Positions 1 to 11,070 of a DNA stretch of 26,439 nucleotides are shown here, piece by piece. The stretch covers positions 6,676,788-6,703,226 of the forward strand of contig NC_057756.1 in the NCBI RefSeq assembly GCF_004010195.1, given 5' to 3'. The notes below the pieces were generated by a model. That model saw only the letters and a list, made by a program, of their open reading frames with translations, was not told the origin of the DNA and ran no database searches. Position numbers and translations under genes: made by a program. The first letter of the stretch is position 1; each line of letters opens with the position of its first letter. The stretch comes from Chiloscyllium plagiosum. Its lineage: Eukaryota.

Positions 1-99
1 TAGATCATGAGCGAGAGTGCTAAAATGGAGTTGAACTTGAAATCTCATTCGACCAAGGGGACACTATATTACACTGGATTCACTGTCCACCATAGATAG

Positions 100-760
100 T
101 CCATGAATTTACAAGGATGTTGATGGGGTTGAATGGATTTGAGGGATGGGAGAGACTGAATAGGCGAAGATCACTTTCCCTGGAGTGTCGGAGGCTGGGA
201 TTTATAACATCATGAGGGGTGAATGGACATGGTCTTTTTTTCCCCAGGGTATAGGAGTCCAAACTATGAGAGGTGAGAGAGGAAAGAATTAAAAGGGACC
301 TGAGGGGGCACTTTTTCATGCAGAGGGTGGTACATGTGGGCGGCACGGTGGCACAGTGGTTAGCACTGCTGCGTGCTCCGGTTTCCTCCCACAGTCCAAA
401 GATGTGCAGGTTAGGTGAATTGGCCATACTAAATTGCCCGTAGTGTTAGGTAAGGGGTAAATGTAGGGGTATGGGTGGGTTTCGCTTCGGCGGGTCGGTG
501 TGGATTTGTTGGGCCGAAGGGCCTGTTTCCACACTGTAATCTAATCTATGTATGGAATGAGCTGCCAGAGAAAGTGGTGGAGACTGTTACAATTACAGCA
601 TTTAAAAGATCTGGATGGGGAGATGAACAGGAAGGGTTTAGAGGGATATGGCCGGTGCTGGCAAATGTGACTAGGTCAGATTGGGACGTCTGGTCGGTGT
701 GGACAAATTGGACCGAAGGGTCTGCATCTGTGCTGTACATCTCTCTGAGCGCATGACTGT
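100..760 (+). mobile_element. CR1/HER1-type LINE 3' fragment interrupted by an HE1 SINE
   Basis: tttacaaggatgtt..., tatggaatgagctgccagag (VWNELPE), ggaccgaaggg 3' tail; matches the copy at 12325-12820. Confidence 0.85.
338..547 (+). mobile_element. HE1-type SINE (V-SINE), internally deleted
   Basis: gggcggcacggtggcacagtggttagcactgctgc head joined directly to gtgctccggtttcctcccacagtccaaagatgtgcagg; (taatc)n tail; ATGT on both flanks. Confidence 0.9.
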
Positions 761-1119
761 CCTGTTTTGAATAGGAATGTAAAATTTATCGTCTTCCAGT
801 CCTCTGTTGCCGTCACGTTATACAGAAAGGTTGAAGAATTCTGATCATCATTAGTTTGTTTGTTAACTTCTGGTGCACGTCAGCCAGTTAGGAATGACAT
901 CTGACCCACCAGCACTGCTAACCTTTATTTTTATCCTATCCACTGTCTCTACCACCTCATCCTTTACAGTAACGGTAACCACATTCTCCTCTTTCATGAA
1001 GGCAACAAAAGCACTCACTTAGAACCTCAGCCATTCCTTCTTTGTCTCCAAGAAGATTCACATTGCTTGCTAATTTGTAAATCCTTTCCTGAGCATTTTT
1101 GTACCTTCACTTTACACTA

Positions 1120-1810
1120 CGGTGGCTCAGTGGTTAGCACTGCTACTTCACAGCACCAGGAACTCAGGTTCGATCCCGCCCTTGAGCGACTATCTGCGTG
1201 AAGTTTGCACATTCTCCCCGTGTATACGTGGGTTTCCTACGGGTGCTCCGGTTTCCTTCCACTGTTCAAAGATGTGCAGGTTAGGGTGGACTAACCATGC
1301 TAAATTGCCCATAGTGTCCAGGGATGTGCAGGTTAGGGTGGGTTGGCCATTGTGTCCAGGGATGTGCAGGTTAGGGTGGATTGGCCATGCTAAATTGTCT
1401 CATTGTGTCAAGGGATGTGCAGGTTAGGGTGGATTGGCCATGCTAAATTGTTTCATTGTGTCAAGGGATGTGCAGGTTAAGGTGGATTGGCCATGCCAAA
1501 TTACCCATAGTGCCCAGGGATGTGTAGGTTAAGGTGGATTGGCCATGCCAAATTACCCATAGTGTCAAGGGATGTGCAGGTTAAGGTGGATTGACCATGC
1601 TAAATTGCCCATAGTGTCCAGGGATGTGCAGGATAGGGTGGATTGGCCATGCTAAATTGCCCTGTGGTCCAGTGATATGCGGGTTAGGGTGGATTAGCCA
1701 TGATTAATGTGGGGTAATGGGGATGGGGTAGGGTGGTGAGTTTGGGTGTGATGCTGTCCGGACAGGCAGTGTGGACAGGATGGGCCGAATGGCTTGCTTC
1801 CACACTGTAG
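1120..1810 (+). mobile_element. HE1-type SINE with internal ~52-bp tandem array (~9 units, 1271-1702)
   Basis: A box tggctcagtggtt, B box ggttcgatccc, unit gatgtgcaggttagggtggattggccatgctaaattgcccatagtgtccagg. Confidence 0.9.
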
Positions 1811-1947
1811 ACCTGTGAAATTTTATTTGTGAAAATACTGATTGTATTTTTCATTTCTTCCTTTGCTTGGCTGACTATTGCTGTGGAAAGTGACATTGAT
1901 CATGAGCTCCCTTTTCTGAAATGAATAGATCTGGTTTTATTTTCCAG

Positions 1948-2013
1948 AATTTATCGTGGCATCTTGCTATCTTGCTGTAGCGGCAGGTCACCCAATGGAA
2001 CAAAGAGGACAAG
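1948..2013 (+). CDS. Internal coding exon A (66 nt) of a putative ITIM-like receptor tail; phase-2 reading IYRGILLSCCSGRSPNGTKRT, phase-1 reading FIVASCYLAVAAGHPMEQRGQ
   Basis: Acceptor ttttattttccAG, donor AAG|GTAAAA, non-repeat context, length divisible by 3, two open frames. Confidence 0.6.
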
Positions 2014-2114
2014 GTAAAAGTTTACATAATTTGCTTCTTTATTCCTTTTTTACCAAAACTTCTCAATACTTTGGTTTAATAGCCTGGTGTGTGGTAAACT
2101 GTGATTGCTGAAGC

Positions 2115-2600
2115 TGCCTGGACCTGCAGGTCCTGGGCCTCCTCCATTGCCAAAGCCCTAACCACCCAATGCCTGGAGGAAGAATGCCTCATCTTCGGTC
2201 CGGGGATCCTGCAACCAAGCGAGATCTCTGTGAATTTCATCAGTTTCCCCATTTCCCTACCTTCGACCTTATCCCAGTCCCGCATTCCAACTCGGCACTG
2301 CCCTCTTGACCTGTCCATCATCTTTCTCATCTATCCACTCCACCCCCTTCTCCAACCTATCACCTTCTCCCCCAACGTCATCCACCTAATGCATTCTCAG
2401 CTACCTACCCCTCCGCCCCAGCCCCAAACTCCTCCCATTTATCTCTCAGCAACCCCAGCCCTCAAGCCTCATTCCTGATGAAGTGTTTCTGCCCAAAATG
2501 TCGATTCTCCTACTCCTCAGATGCTGCCGACCTGCTGTGCTTTTCCAGCACCACATTCTTTGACTCTGATCTCCAGCATCTGTAGTCCTCACTTTCGCCT
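2115..2600 (+). mobile_element. Penelope-like element 3' fragment (ORF C-terminus plus terminal repeat)
   Basis: ORF segment LEEECLIFGPGILQPSEISVNF; pyrimidine-rich UTR; ctgatgaag...gatgctgccgacctgctgtgcttttccagca terminus shared with other copies. Confidence 0.75.
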
Positions 2601-2789
2601 ATCCCTCAGATGCCAAAGCAATTCATCCCATGGGACCCAGAGACATTCACTTTGTGATTCTGCAGAAAATTCTACAGTAGGGAAAAGCTCTGAGGGGAGT
2701 ACACCCCACTTAAGGAAAAAAAAGACAATTACGCAAAGATGAATGACTAGTCAGGATATGACAAATAAAAAGCACAGAACAACAGAAAG

Positions 2790-4120
2790 GCTAATCAGGA
2801 GGAAGAACGTAGAGTGACAGGTGGCTTGCTAGAAATGTAAAACTGGTTAGCGAGAATTTCTGCAAATACCTAAAAAGGAGGTTGCAGGTGGATATAGATA
2901 GGTTCAGCGACTGTCAAGATGGAGTATAATATGGGGAAATGCAAAGTTATTTATTTTAGCAGGGAGAACGCAATAACAAAGTCTAATTTGAATGAACCAC
3001 GTGTGTAGAATTCTAAGGTGCTGACAGATCTAGCATAGGAATCACAAAATGTTATTCTGCAGATACAACAAGTAAATAATAAAGCTACCGGAATGCTATC
3101 CTTTACTATGTCATGCTTCAGTAATAGGGCATTGTTGGGACTATACCGTGAATACTGAATGCGGTTTTGGTCTCTTTATTTCAGGAAATTTATAAATGCA
3201 TTGGAGTCATTTTGATTTTGATTTGATTTATTACTGTCACATACCGAGATACAGTGAAAAGTATTTTTGGTGTTGTAGTCAGACAGTTAATACCTTACAT
3301 AGGTACATCAGGGTAATAGAACAGAGTGCAGAATACAGTGTTACAGCTGCAGAGAAGGTGCAGAGGTGGTTTCCAGCATCTGCAGTCATTGTTTTTACCC
3401 CGCAGAGAAAAATCAACTCTATTGAATGCGAGGTCTGTTCAAAAGTCTGATAACAGCAGGAAAGAAGCCGTCCTTGAATCTATTCATATGCATTTTCAAC
3501 CTTTTCTGTCATCTGACCGATCAAAGAGAGTGGAAGAGATTGTAACCGGGATGGGAGGGATCTTCGATGAAATTGGTTGCTTTCCTGAGGTAGCAGGAAG
3601 TGTAGAGAGAGTCAGTGGACAGAAGGCTGTTAGTGAGATAGACCGGGCTGCGTGAACAGCTCTCTGAAATTTCTTGTGATCTTGGGCAGAGCAGTTGACA
3701 AACCAAGCTGTAACGCATCTGGATAGGGGGGGTCATGCATAATTTCCTTCGCTTTCTGAAGAGGTTTCACTGGCTCAATATCTGAACGAAGTGGGTTGTC
3801 TTAGAAGGAAAAGTTGAACAAATTAGGTTCCTTCAATCCAGTGCTGCAGAGAGTGAGGAGTGAGTTGATTGGGGGATGTAAGATCTTGACAGGAGGGAAT
3901 AGAAGTGATGTTTCCTTTTGTGGGCAAGTCCAGAACTATGGAGTACTTCTTAAAACCAGGACTTGTCCTTTTAGGATGGAGATGTGGTGAAATATTTTAT
4001 AGGCTCAGAACATATTTTTAAAGCAAAAGTAGATAGATTTTTGTCAGGCAATGGATTCTAAAGGTTATTGGTCATTGATGTGAATATGAAATTTGGAATA
4101 CAAGCAAATCATCTTATTCA
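2790..4120 (+). mobile_element. Old, degenerate CR1-type LINE pieces (2790-3210 and 3760-4120) split by a Rex1/Babar-like insert
   Basis: gatggagtataatatggggaaatgcaaagtt, ggttttggtctctttatttcagg and gtagatagatttttg motifs collinear with CR1 ORF2 end. Confidence 0.6.
3211..3735 (-). mobile_element. Rex1/Babar-like LINE 3' end
   Basis: Minus ORF LYTSCYLRKATNFIEDPSHPGYNLF resembles Rex1-type ORF2 C-terminus; (aaatc)n tail; related copy at 10480-11070. Confidence 0.7.
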
Positions 4121-4229
4121 ATGACGCATATTTACCCAGGTATAAATTGGTGTTTAGCAATGGTCATCCCTCACCTGTTATCAATGGCAATCGATATTTG
4201 AGATTTCCCAAGTTCTTTTTTTATAAACA

Positions 4230-4632
4230 TCATACATAGGAGCCAGAGGAGGCTATTCAGCCCTTTAGCCCCAGCCTATTATTCTAGATCACGGTTGTTT
4301 TTCTACCTCAATTCCTCCAATCTCTAAAAAAATCCCTTGATGTCACTCGCATTCCCAATTAATCCCTGTCACGGTCAGACTTGATGACTGAGATTTCACA
4401 GTGCTTCCGGGCAAGAGAGTCTCACGGGTTCATCATCTTCTGGGCCTCACCCCTAAACGGCTTCTTCCTTATTCAGACACCGTGTCCCCTTGTTTTAATC
4501 TCCCGGTCACAGGGAGCATCCTCTCTGTACCCACCCTCTGGAATAATATTAAAAATGTTGTTGCCTCAATGGGATAACCTCTCATTCTTCTAAACTTGAA
4601 GGAAGATAGGCCCAGTCCCCTCATTCTCTCTG
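4230..4632 (-). mobile_element. Degenerate CR1-type LINE 3' fragment
   Basis: ataggagccagaggaggctattcagccc terminus and ctctcattcttctaaac, reverse complement of CR1 3' end. Confidence 0.65.
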
Positions 4633-4884
4633 GGATGGCTGGCTAGCTGTTACCTATGGGGATGAAAGCTCAATACGTGACCTACCCATGGATTGATAGA
4701 AGTGAAGCTAGACATTATAACTTATTTAATACTCACTGCAAAATGAAATACATTAGAGGTCTCAAGAGTATCCAAATATTGATTCAGGAAGTCGGGTTTT
4801 ATTGGCCTAATCTCAAACTAGCAATGTGGCATTGGCACGATATGGTATGGGCAATATGCTGTGGAGCCCAAATCAATACAAATA

Positions 4885-5205
4885 GGGAGGCGACGCCCCA
4901 GTGGTATTATCGCTCGACTACTAATCCAGAAACTCAGCTAATGCACTGGGGACCTGGGCACAAATCCTGCCATGGCAGATGGTGGATATTCAGTCTTAAT
5001 AAATATCTGGAGTTATGGATCTCATGACGACCATGAATCCAATGTTGATTATTGAAGAAGCCATCTGGTTCACTGATGTCCTTCAGGGAAGGAAACTGCC
5101 ATCCTTACCTGGTCTGTGACTCCAGAACTACAGCAATATGGTTGACTCTTAACTGCCCTCTGATTAATAAATACTGGCCTATCCAGTGATGTCCCATCCC
5201 ATTGG
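4885..5205 (+). mobile_element. Second tRNA-headed SINE family (not HE1)
   Basis: cagtggtattatcgc...taatccaga head; ctggttcactgatgtccttcagggaaggaaactgcc...ggttgactcttaactgccctctg body, repeated at 17705, 20830, 22185 and 22660. Confidence 0.75.
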
Positions 5206-5311
5206 TAATTCTTTAAAAAGCTGCGCATGATTTTAGACATAGTTGCATCTCTTATGTTTGTTTTTATAAACACAAAGCCTACGGATTTTAATAAGGATTC
5301 ATATTAGTATT

Positions 5312-6010
5312 AGTTCTGGATGTAGGTTTGCTTGCTGAGCTGGAAGGTTCATTTTCAGATGTTTCTTCACCATACTAGGAAACATCATTAGTGAGCCTCT
5401 GGATAAGGCACTGGTGATATGGCCCACCTTCTATTTATGTGTTTAGGTTTCCTTAGGTTGGTGATGTCATTTCCTGTGGTTATGCCATTTTCTGTTCTTT
5501 TTTTCAGGGTGTGGTAAATGGGATCCAAGTCAATATGTTTGTTGATAGAGTTCTGGTTGGAATGCCATGCTTCTGGGAAATCTCACATGTATCTCTGTTT
5601 GGCTTGTCCTAGGATGGATGTGTTGTCCCAGTCGAGTGGTGTCCTTCCTCATCTGTATGTGAGGATACTAGTAAGAGTGGGTCATGTCTTTTTGTGGCTA
5701 GTTGATGTTCATGTATCCTGGTGGTCCTGGTGGCTAGTTTTCTGCCTGTTGTCTAATGTAGTATTTGTTACAGTTCTTGCATGGTATTTTGTAAGTGACA
5801 TAAGTTTTGCTTGTTGTCTGTATAAGATCTTGCAAGTTCATTAGCTGCTGTTTTAGTGTGTTGGTGGGTTTGTGGGCTACCATGAGCCAAGGGGTCTGAA
5901 TAGTCTGGCAGTCATTTCTGAGCTGTCTTTGATGTAGGGGAGCATGGATAGGGTTTCTGGACATGTTTTGTCTGCTTGTTTGGGTTTGTGGCTGAGAAGC
6001 TGGGTACCCG
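5312..6010 (-). mobile_element. Penelope-like element: degenerate GIY-YIG endonuclease region and 3' terminus
   Basis: Minus ORF VAHKPTNTLKQQLMNLQD...KTYVTYKIPCKNCNKYYI matches PLE VxYxIPCxxCxxxYIG endonuclease start; frameshifted. Confidence 0.85.
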
Positions 6011-6149
6011 TTCTTTTTGAATACACCGTATAGGTGATTTTCCTCTGCTCTGCATAGTTCCTCTGTGCTGCAGTGTGTGATGGCTCATTGAAATAATGTT
6101 CTAATGCAGCTTAATTTGGGGATGTTGGGATGATTAACAGAAGCAATAA

Positions 6150-6840
6150 GCTGTAAGCTGACAAAGCCCATAGGGAGGGAATTCCAGAATTTTGACCCAG
6201 TGACAGTGAAGGAACGTTAATATATTTCCAAGTCAGGATGGCCAGTGTCTTGGTGGGGAACTTGCAGAGCATGGTGTTCCCGTGTATCTGCTGCCTTTGT
6301 CCTGGGAGGTGCTGTTTAAGAATCCTGGGCAAGTTTCTGCGGTGCATTTGGTAAATGCTACACACTGCTGCTACAGTGGAGGGATTGGATGTTTATGGAT
6401 GTGGTGCCAATCAAGTGGGAGCTACTTTCCTGGATGATGTCAAGATTCCTGAGTGTTGTTGGAAGTGTAGTCATCCAAGCAAGCGGAGAGTATTCCATCA
6501 CATTCATGACTTGCGCCTTGCAGATAATAGACAAGCTTTGGGGTGTCAGGAGATGAGCTACTGTATTACAAACCTCTGACCTGCTCTTGCAGTCATTATA
6601 TTTACACGGTGAGTCCAGTTCAGTTTCTGGTCAATGGTAACCTCAGGATGTTGATATGGGGGATTCAGTGATGATAATACCATTGGATGACAAGGGGCAA
6701 AGGTTAAATTGTCTTTCATTGGAGATGGTCATAATCTGGCATTTGAGTGGCACGCATGTTAGTTGCCACTTGTCAGTCCAAGTCTGGATATTATCTAGAT
6801 CTTGTTGCATTGGGATTGCTTCAGTACTTGAGGAGTTACT
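6150..6840 (-). mobile_element. Degenerate non-LTR (CR1-clade) LINE ORF2 3' region and tail
   Basis: Minus-strand reading resembles RT-LINE C-terminus (FPTKTLAILTWKYINVP...); gagttccagaattttgaccc-like motifs. Confidence 0.65.
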
Positions 6841-7104
6841 TACAGCAAGGGATCACCAAACAGTGATCAAGAATGGAAGTCTGTGCTGAGTATCCCTAAA
6901 GCCAGAGGTACTCAGGCCATTTGTGCTCTCCTTACTGTCCTAATGGAGGAAAGAAAGAGAATGACACACGCGGTCTCATGTGCCTCAGTTTTCCACTGGA
7001 CTAATCCATTTTTCTGTCACACATGCACTTGAGATGGTTGAGGTTATGATGGCCAGAGACAGGGTAGATAGGAAGAAGCCCTTCTCCTTGATGGAGGGAT
7101 TAGT

Positions 7105-7607
7105 GTCAAGAGTGTGGTGCTGGAAAAAGCACACCAGGTCAAGCAGCATCTGAGGAGCAGTAACGTTGGATGTTTCGGGCAACAGCCCTTCATCAGGAGC
7201 CTCAGGGGTGGAGAGAGGGAGGTGGGGCTGGGGAGAAGGTAGCTGAGAGTGCAATAGGTGGATGGAGGTGGGGATATAGGTGATAGGTCGGAGGGAAGGA
7301 TGGAGCAGATAGGTAGGAAGGAAGATGAACAGGTGGATGGGTCATGAGGATGTGCTGAGCTGGAAGGTTGGAACTGGGTTAAGGTGGGAGGGAGGGGAAA
7401 TGAAGAAACTGGTGAAGTCCACATTGATGCCATGGGGTTGGAGGATCCTGAGGTGGAAGATGAGGTGTTCTTCCTCCAGGCGTCAGGTGGGAAGGGAGTG
7501 GCGGTGGAGGAGGCCCAGGACCTGCATGTCCTTGGCAGAGGGGGAGGGGGAGTTAAAGTGTTCGGCCATGGGGCGATTGGTGAGGGTGTCCCCGGAAATG
7601 TTCTCTG
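7105..7607 (-). mobile_element. Penelope-like element 3' fragment inserted in a CR1 tail (7010-7104 and 7608-7870, + strand)
   Basis: Reverse complement of the element at 2115-2600; CR1 flanks gagggattagtg|accaggagctatagatttaagg rejoin. Confidence 0.8.
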
Positions 7608-8119
7608 ACCAGGAGCTATAGATTTAAGGTAAGAAGCATGAATGTGAGGAAAACCTTTCTCACCCAGAGGGTAGTGGGAATGTGGAATTCACTGCCTGTA
7701 AGAGTGGGAGAGGCAGAAGAAGAATTTTGATGTGCACTTGTGATGCCAAGGCAAGCCGTGCATTTGGCCAAGTGTTGGAAAATAGGAGCAGAATAGTTCG
7801 GTGGCTGTTTTTGACTGGTGCAGACTCGATGGGCCAAAGGGCCTTTTTCTGTGCTCTAGACCTCTGTAACTTAGGAGGCTGAATGATTTAGACATGAGTG
7901 ACACTGAACATATTGCGCATCCTTTACAAATCTGTCCAGCTCATGGTCAGAATGTTCCCCATCACTTTCGGAATTTTCTCAGGTTGAAACATTCTTTTTG
8001 TGGGTGTTCGTGTGCTTAGTTCAAATGACTGTTGTTTTTCAAGTTGCATGTTTAATATTTGTGGCTGCTTGGCAAAGCCAGCTACACTTGTATCTTTGCT
8101 GAAATGTGTGTTTGTTCAG

Positions 8120-8185
8120 AAGGCATTGCTGTGGTACATGGATGTCTTGCTGCAAAACCAGATTAAAAGATGGTATTGAAACCAG
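8120..8185 (+). CDS. Internal exon B (66 nt), open only in phase 2: RHCCGTWMSCCKTRLKDGIET
   Basis: Acceptor tgtgtttgttcAG, consensus donor CAG|GTGAGT, same length as exon A and shares TCTTGCTG (SCC). Confidence 0.65.
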
Positions 8186-8432
8186 GTGAGTGTCTATAAT
8201 TTTTTTTTAAAAGACGCTTTAGAAAAGTTGAGTCAGCATCATCACTAATTATAGTTTCAGGTCACTGACTCTTTATGATTGGGTACTATTGTTAGAGGGT
8301 AATGTTATTGGGCTTGAAGCGAAAGTTAAGATCCCCTATGCGAAATTACTGATTACTTTCCCTGTGAAATTCATCTGGGCAAAATCTATTAATTTTGTTT
8401 GAAATTAAACGTTCAAAAAGACAAACAACTAT

Positions 8433-8773
8433 TACCATATATATGTGAATAATAGTCCAAATCTTTGACTACTTTATAAGACTAAATTTATGGGATTGAC
8501 TATTACATGGACGCTAATTTTGAGGGGCTGAAATTCGTGCCGCGTCATTAGTAGAAGTCAACTTGATCTCTCAATGATTAAAGAAAGAAAAAAAATTAAA
8601 CATGGTAATTTTGAAAACCTGGAGCAGAGCGGAACGGACCGGAAGACTAAATCATAAATGTTGATCTATTATCTGTGAAGAGCTAGGATTGACTATTTAC
8701 ATGAGATACCTGGAAAATTCCAGAATTTTTGCCCAACAATATGAGATCGACTTTTACTTGAGTATATACGGTA
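8433..8773. mobile_element. Non-autonomous Tc1/mariner (pogo/Tigger-like) MITE
   Basis: Imperfect TIRs TACCATATATATGTGAATAATAGTC and GACTTTTACTTGAGTATATACGGTA with terminal TA; internal repeat ggattgactat(t)tacatg at ~8493 and ~8686. Confidence 0.65.
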
Positions 8774-9229
8774 TTAAAATCTTGAACTTTACTGATTATA
8801 CTTCAGTGAAATGTGGGCTTTTTGTCACAGTTTTTACTTCCAGTTTTTCTGATTTGATTCATATTTTAGTTCCAGTTTATCAACATTTCTTTTGCAACTC
8901 TTACTACTGACTGAGGGGGGGGGTCTCTCTCGTCTCAATAATCCAAATATCAGAGCATTTATGAAAATGAGGCCAATTATGTACATGGATTCAAAAGAAT
9001 CAGAAAGAGCCATCAACTAGACTTCTTCAACAGACACCAAAATTAGTAATTTATTTTGAAAACTGAACTTATCTGGTAAAGATGCAAAGCTGATTAACGT
9101 ATAGTTGGAAATATTAAAGTACCCTTCTAAATAATTCAAAACATATAAGCAGAAAAAATTAACTTTCCCGGCAGAGATTAATTTTGCAGAAATAAAAATC
9201 AATTTTTTTTTATAATAGTTGTTAAAGAA

Positions 9230-9560
9230 TAGAGGCAGACAACACAGAAACAGACCCTTTGGTACAACTCATCCATGCTGACCAGACATCCCAATCTGAC
9301 CTAGTTCCATCTGCCAGCATTTGGCCCATACCTCTCTAAACTCTTCCTGTACCCATCAAAGTTTAAATATTGTAACTGTACCCACCTCCACCACTTCCTC
9401 AGGCAGCTCCTTCCAAATACGCGCCACTTTCTGTGTTAAAACGTTACCCTACAAGGCCTTTTTAAATCTTTTCCTTCTCACCTTAAACCTATGTCCTCTA
9501 GTTTTGATCTACTGCACCCTCGGAAAAAAGGCCTTGGTGATTCACTCTATCCATGTCCCA
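9230..9560 (-). mobile_element. CR1/HER1-type LINE 3' fragment
   Basis: aaacagaccctttgg..., cctccaccacttcctcaggcagctc, cttctcaccttaaacctatg. Confidence 0.85.
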
Positions 9561-9879
9561 CAGTCCTTAATGGAAGAAAAGATAAGGTTTGAAACATTCA
9601 AGATAGCTTTCAGTCAGAGTCCTCGTGCACGTAGATGGAGTATCACTGAACAGAGATGATTGTCACCGGAACCTTCAAATCCATTTCATTCATGAGAGGT
9701 CATGCGAGAACCATCAGGAATAACCTCATCAGAAATGTATGAGAAGCTTTGGCTGCAGTTGAAGTTTTGTGATGATGTTGCTCCTTTAACAAGGTTATGC
9801 TGTCCTTGGCTTTTTTCTTTCAGAGTCTGTAAAAGACACGGACTCCGAAAAGTCTAAGTTGAAGGGTTTTCGGGCCAGT

Positions 9880-10346
9880 TTGATTATAGTTGACAGATAC
9901 TGCCTCGGGCAACAGGTTTTTAAGTTTTTGGGAAAAAAGCACTTGTACAATCAAAGTGCAGTGGCCAGTTCTCCCAGCTCAGTTTTTCTCTGGTTTAATT
10001 TGGTTTATTTTAGCAGAAGTGTTGTGAAGCTGCTGGACCCAAAAAGGCAGGTCCATGCTGGTAATCTCTCTCTGACATCTCTTACAAGTATTTGAAACAG
10101 CGTCATTAACTTGGGATCATCAGTTGGGATGTCAGATAGATTGTTAGTCTGTATTCCGTTCTCTTTTGTTTGTGTTACATTCAGCAATCCTGTAAATAAA
10201 TTCTGTTTTCTTTCAAACTAAGTGGTTTGACCAACTGCATCACTTCTGGAATATCCGCCATACACCTGCTTAAAACAACTAGCAAAGTGAGAGTCTGTGC
10301 TACTTTCTTGACATGTTTTGAGGGGGGGTCTGGCCTGGTCTATAAC
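9880..10346 (+). mobile_element. Probable partial solo LTR
   Basis: Internal aataaa (10195-10200) followed by a U5-like stretch ending ggggggtctggcctggtctataac; no paired copy in the window. Confidence 0.35.
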
Positions 10347-10479
10347 TGGAAAATAAGTACTAAACACTGAAACACTCAAAGTCAGAAACAAAAAAGCCTC
10401 ACATAGTCAAAGGGGCTTATCAACAGAACGTGTTATGCGCAATTTTCTTTCAAGAGTCATATAATTATAGAGTTGTATA

Positions 10480-11070
10480 CTTTGATTTATCATTGTCACA
10501 TGCACTGTGTGACAGTGAAAAGTATTGTTTTGCATGCTAAATAGACAAACTATACCATATATAAGTACATCAAAGGATAGAACAGAATGCACAATATAGT
10601 GTTACAGCTTAGGTGCGGAGCTAGATCAACCTTAATATATCAGAGATCAATTATAAAGTCTGGTAACAGTGGGGAAGAAGCGGTTCTTAAATCTGTTGGT
10701 GTGTGTTTTGAAACGTTTGTATCTCCTGCCTGATGGAAGAGGGTGGAAGAGAGTATTACTAGTGTGGGAGGGGTCTTTGATGATGTTGAAAATGTGTTGC
10801 TGGTAAAGCACAGCAGGTCAGGCAACATCCAAGGAACAGGAGAATCGACGTTTCGGGCATAAGCCCTTCATCAGGAAGGTCCCTGCTTATGCCCGAAACG
10901 TCGATTCTCCTGTTCCTTGGATGCTGCCTGACCTGCTGTGCTTTACCAGCAACACATTTTCAGCTCTGATTTCCAGCATCTGCAGACCTCACTTTCTCCT
11001 CTTTGATGATGTTGGCTGTTTACGCGAAGCAGTGGGAAGTGTACATGGGGTCAATGGAAGGAAGGCTGGT
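10480..11070 (-). mobile_element. Rex1/Babar-like LINE 3' end interrupted by a palindromic PLE insert
   Basis: Similar to 3211-3735; ctcctgcctgatggaagaggg reads as LLPSGRR-type motif on the minus strand. Confidence 0.7.
10789..10999. mobile_element. Young palindromic PLE-terminus insertion with 15-bp TSD
   Basis: Arms 10787-10864 and 10885-10962 are reverse complements at 77/78 nt; TCTTTGATGATGTTG at 10774-10788 and 11000-11014. Confidence 0.9.

Noticed and set aside
1120..1190. tRNA-like A and B boxes (also 11690, 15426, 19671, 25070-25140)
   Set aside because: They are SINE heads continuing into HE1 body sequence, not stand-alone tRNA genes
1271..1702. Regular repeats resembling a CRISPR array (also 11849-12190)
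   Set aside because: Head-to-tail units with no unique spacers, inside a SINE in eukaryotic DNA; no cas genes
1948..2013. Exon A phase-1 reading as a signal peptide or transmembrane helix (FIVASCYLAVAAG)
   Set aside because: Too short for a TM helix, and no extracellular-domain exon follows in the window
8834..9016. Minus ORF with TM-like stretch MYIIGLIFINALIFGLLRR as the missing transmembrane exon
   Set aside because: Opposite strand to the exon chain, AT-rich, and no supporting splice structure found
9824..9864. Strong acceptor ttttttctttcAG followed by ESVKDTDSEKSKLK (phase 1)
   Set aside because: No convincing donor nearby, stop in phase 2, runs into LTR-like sequence; cannot be fully excluded
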